From Octopus sinensis (taxonomy: Eukaryota), in contig NC_043009.1 of assembly GCF_006345805.1 (NCBI RefSeq), forward strand, positions 40,796,001-40,860,000: a stretch of DNA of 64,000 bases, read 5' to 3'. This document shows, in pieces, positions 62,617 to 64,000 of this stretch (positions within the stretch are counted from its first letter, which is position 1; the number at the start of each line of letters is the position of its first letter). The notes under the pieces are model-generated. The model was not told the origin of the DNA. It did no database searches and saw only the letters and a program-made list of their open reading frames with translations. Position numbers and translations under genes: made by a program.

Positions 62617-63592
62617 CAGAACCTTATTTTAGCAACCTCGAAACGATGAAAGGAAAAGTCGACCTCAGCAGAATTGGAACTCAAAATGTAATGGTGAACG
62701 AAATGCCACTAAGCATTTTGTCCGGCATGCTAACAATTCTGCCAAGCTCACTGCCTTAATAATAATAATAATAATGATAATAATTATTTCTAGTATAAGT
62801 ACAAGGCCTGAAATTTTGGCGGAGGGGGCTAGTCGAATACATTGACCTCAGTGCTCGACTGGATCTTAATTTATTGACCCCCAAAAGGATGAAGGGCAGA
62901 GTCGACCGTGGCAGAATTTGAACTCAGAACGTAAAAACGGATGAAAAGCCACCAAGCATTTTGCCTGGTGTGTTAATGGTTCTGCCAACTCAGTTCACTG
63001 CCTTCATCATCATCATCATCATTTAGCGTCCGTTTTCCATGCTAGCATGGGTTGGACGGTTCTACTGGGGTCTGTGAAGCCAGAAGGCTTCATCAGGCCC
63101 AGTCAAATCTGGCAGTGTTTCTATGGCTGGATGCCCTTCCTAACGCCAACCACTCCGTGAGTGTAGTGGGTGCTTTTTACGTGCCACCCGCACTGGTGCC
63201 AGACAGAGCTGGCAAACGGCCACGAACGGATGGTGCTTGTTATGTGCCACCGGCACGAGGGCCAGGCGAGGCTGGCAACGGACACGAAACGGGGCGGTGC
63301 TGGCAACGGTCGCGAAACGGATAATAATATATACTTTTTAACTTGTTTCAGTCATTTGACTGCGGCCATGCTGGAGCATCGCCTTTAATCGAGCAACTCG
63401 AACCCGGGACTTATTCTTTTGTAAGCCCAGTACTTATTCTATCGGTCACTTTTGCCGAACCGCTAAGTAACGGAGACATAAACACACCAGCATCGGTTGT
63501 CAAGCAATGCTAGGGGGACAAACACAGACACACACATACATATATATATACACATATATGATAATATTTAACATATTTCTCTTTTGTTTCAG

Positions 63593-64000
63593 CCTCTTTA
63601 CAGTCTTTCCAGCCTTTAATTCAGTGGATTGCTGATTTTACTCTTCATCTCCTGGGTTCCATACCTTTGCAACAGTCATATTCGGACATACCTGGTTCTC
63701 TACTCATTCGAGACAGTTCTGTTCTAAGTGTGCTGCGAGAACTCTTTGTCATCATACGCCTGTGGGGCCACATCAATCCGAATTGCCTTCCGTTTTTCAC
63801 TATGAACTCTTCAATTGAGTGCATGTCCCATCTATTCAAACTGTTAACGAAAGCCTGGCTGTGCGTAAAGGAAGGCGGTAGTGTTGAATATGAGGAGGGT
63901 CTTGTCAGTGATTGTTGTCACCTCACCAGCGAAGTGATGATCAGAAATACACGTCAGACGTTCAGTCAAGACACGTTAGGCTACGCGATATTCCACCAGT
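63593..64000 (+). CDS. MED16: MED16 exon 9, runs off window end (ASLQSFQPLIQWIADFTLHLL...LRELFVIIRLWG...LFKLLTKAW)
   Basis: TTTCAG acceptor, phase matches exon 8, open to base 64000; LQ..Q.L.QW..DF and LREL.V.IR.WG motifs. Confidence 0.94.

Overview
AT-rich, repeat-dense animal genomic DNA. It is most likely an octopod cephalopod, inferred from the SINE families and TA/CA microsatellite landscape rather than from a database match. One host gene is supported: the Mediator subunit gene MED16 on the + strand, with nine spliced exons assembling in frame from ATG 25084 to the window end (3' end outside). The rest is mostly tRNA-headed SINEs (CORE-, V- and Meta-like domains), RTE and CR1 LINE remnants, a full-length decayed mariner, hAT and piggyBac MITEs, a Mutator-like foldback element with telomere-type repeats, Helitrons and compound microsatellites. 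Most ORFs in the supplied track are microsatellite or SINE artefacts. The structure these features do not explain is a set of six well-formed minimal type I hammerhead ribozyme motifs in five sequence-unrelated small elements, plus two disrupted or weak copies. Most sit in long inverted repeats next to TA runs, like Penelope-type pseudo-LTRs or retrozymes. One has a compensatory G3:C8 swap of the catalytic C3:G8 pair, one a U4C core, and one lies behind a tRNA-like Pol III head. All folds were done by eye and no activity is demonstrated.
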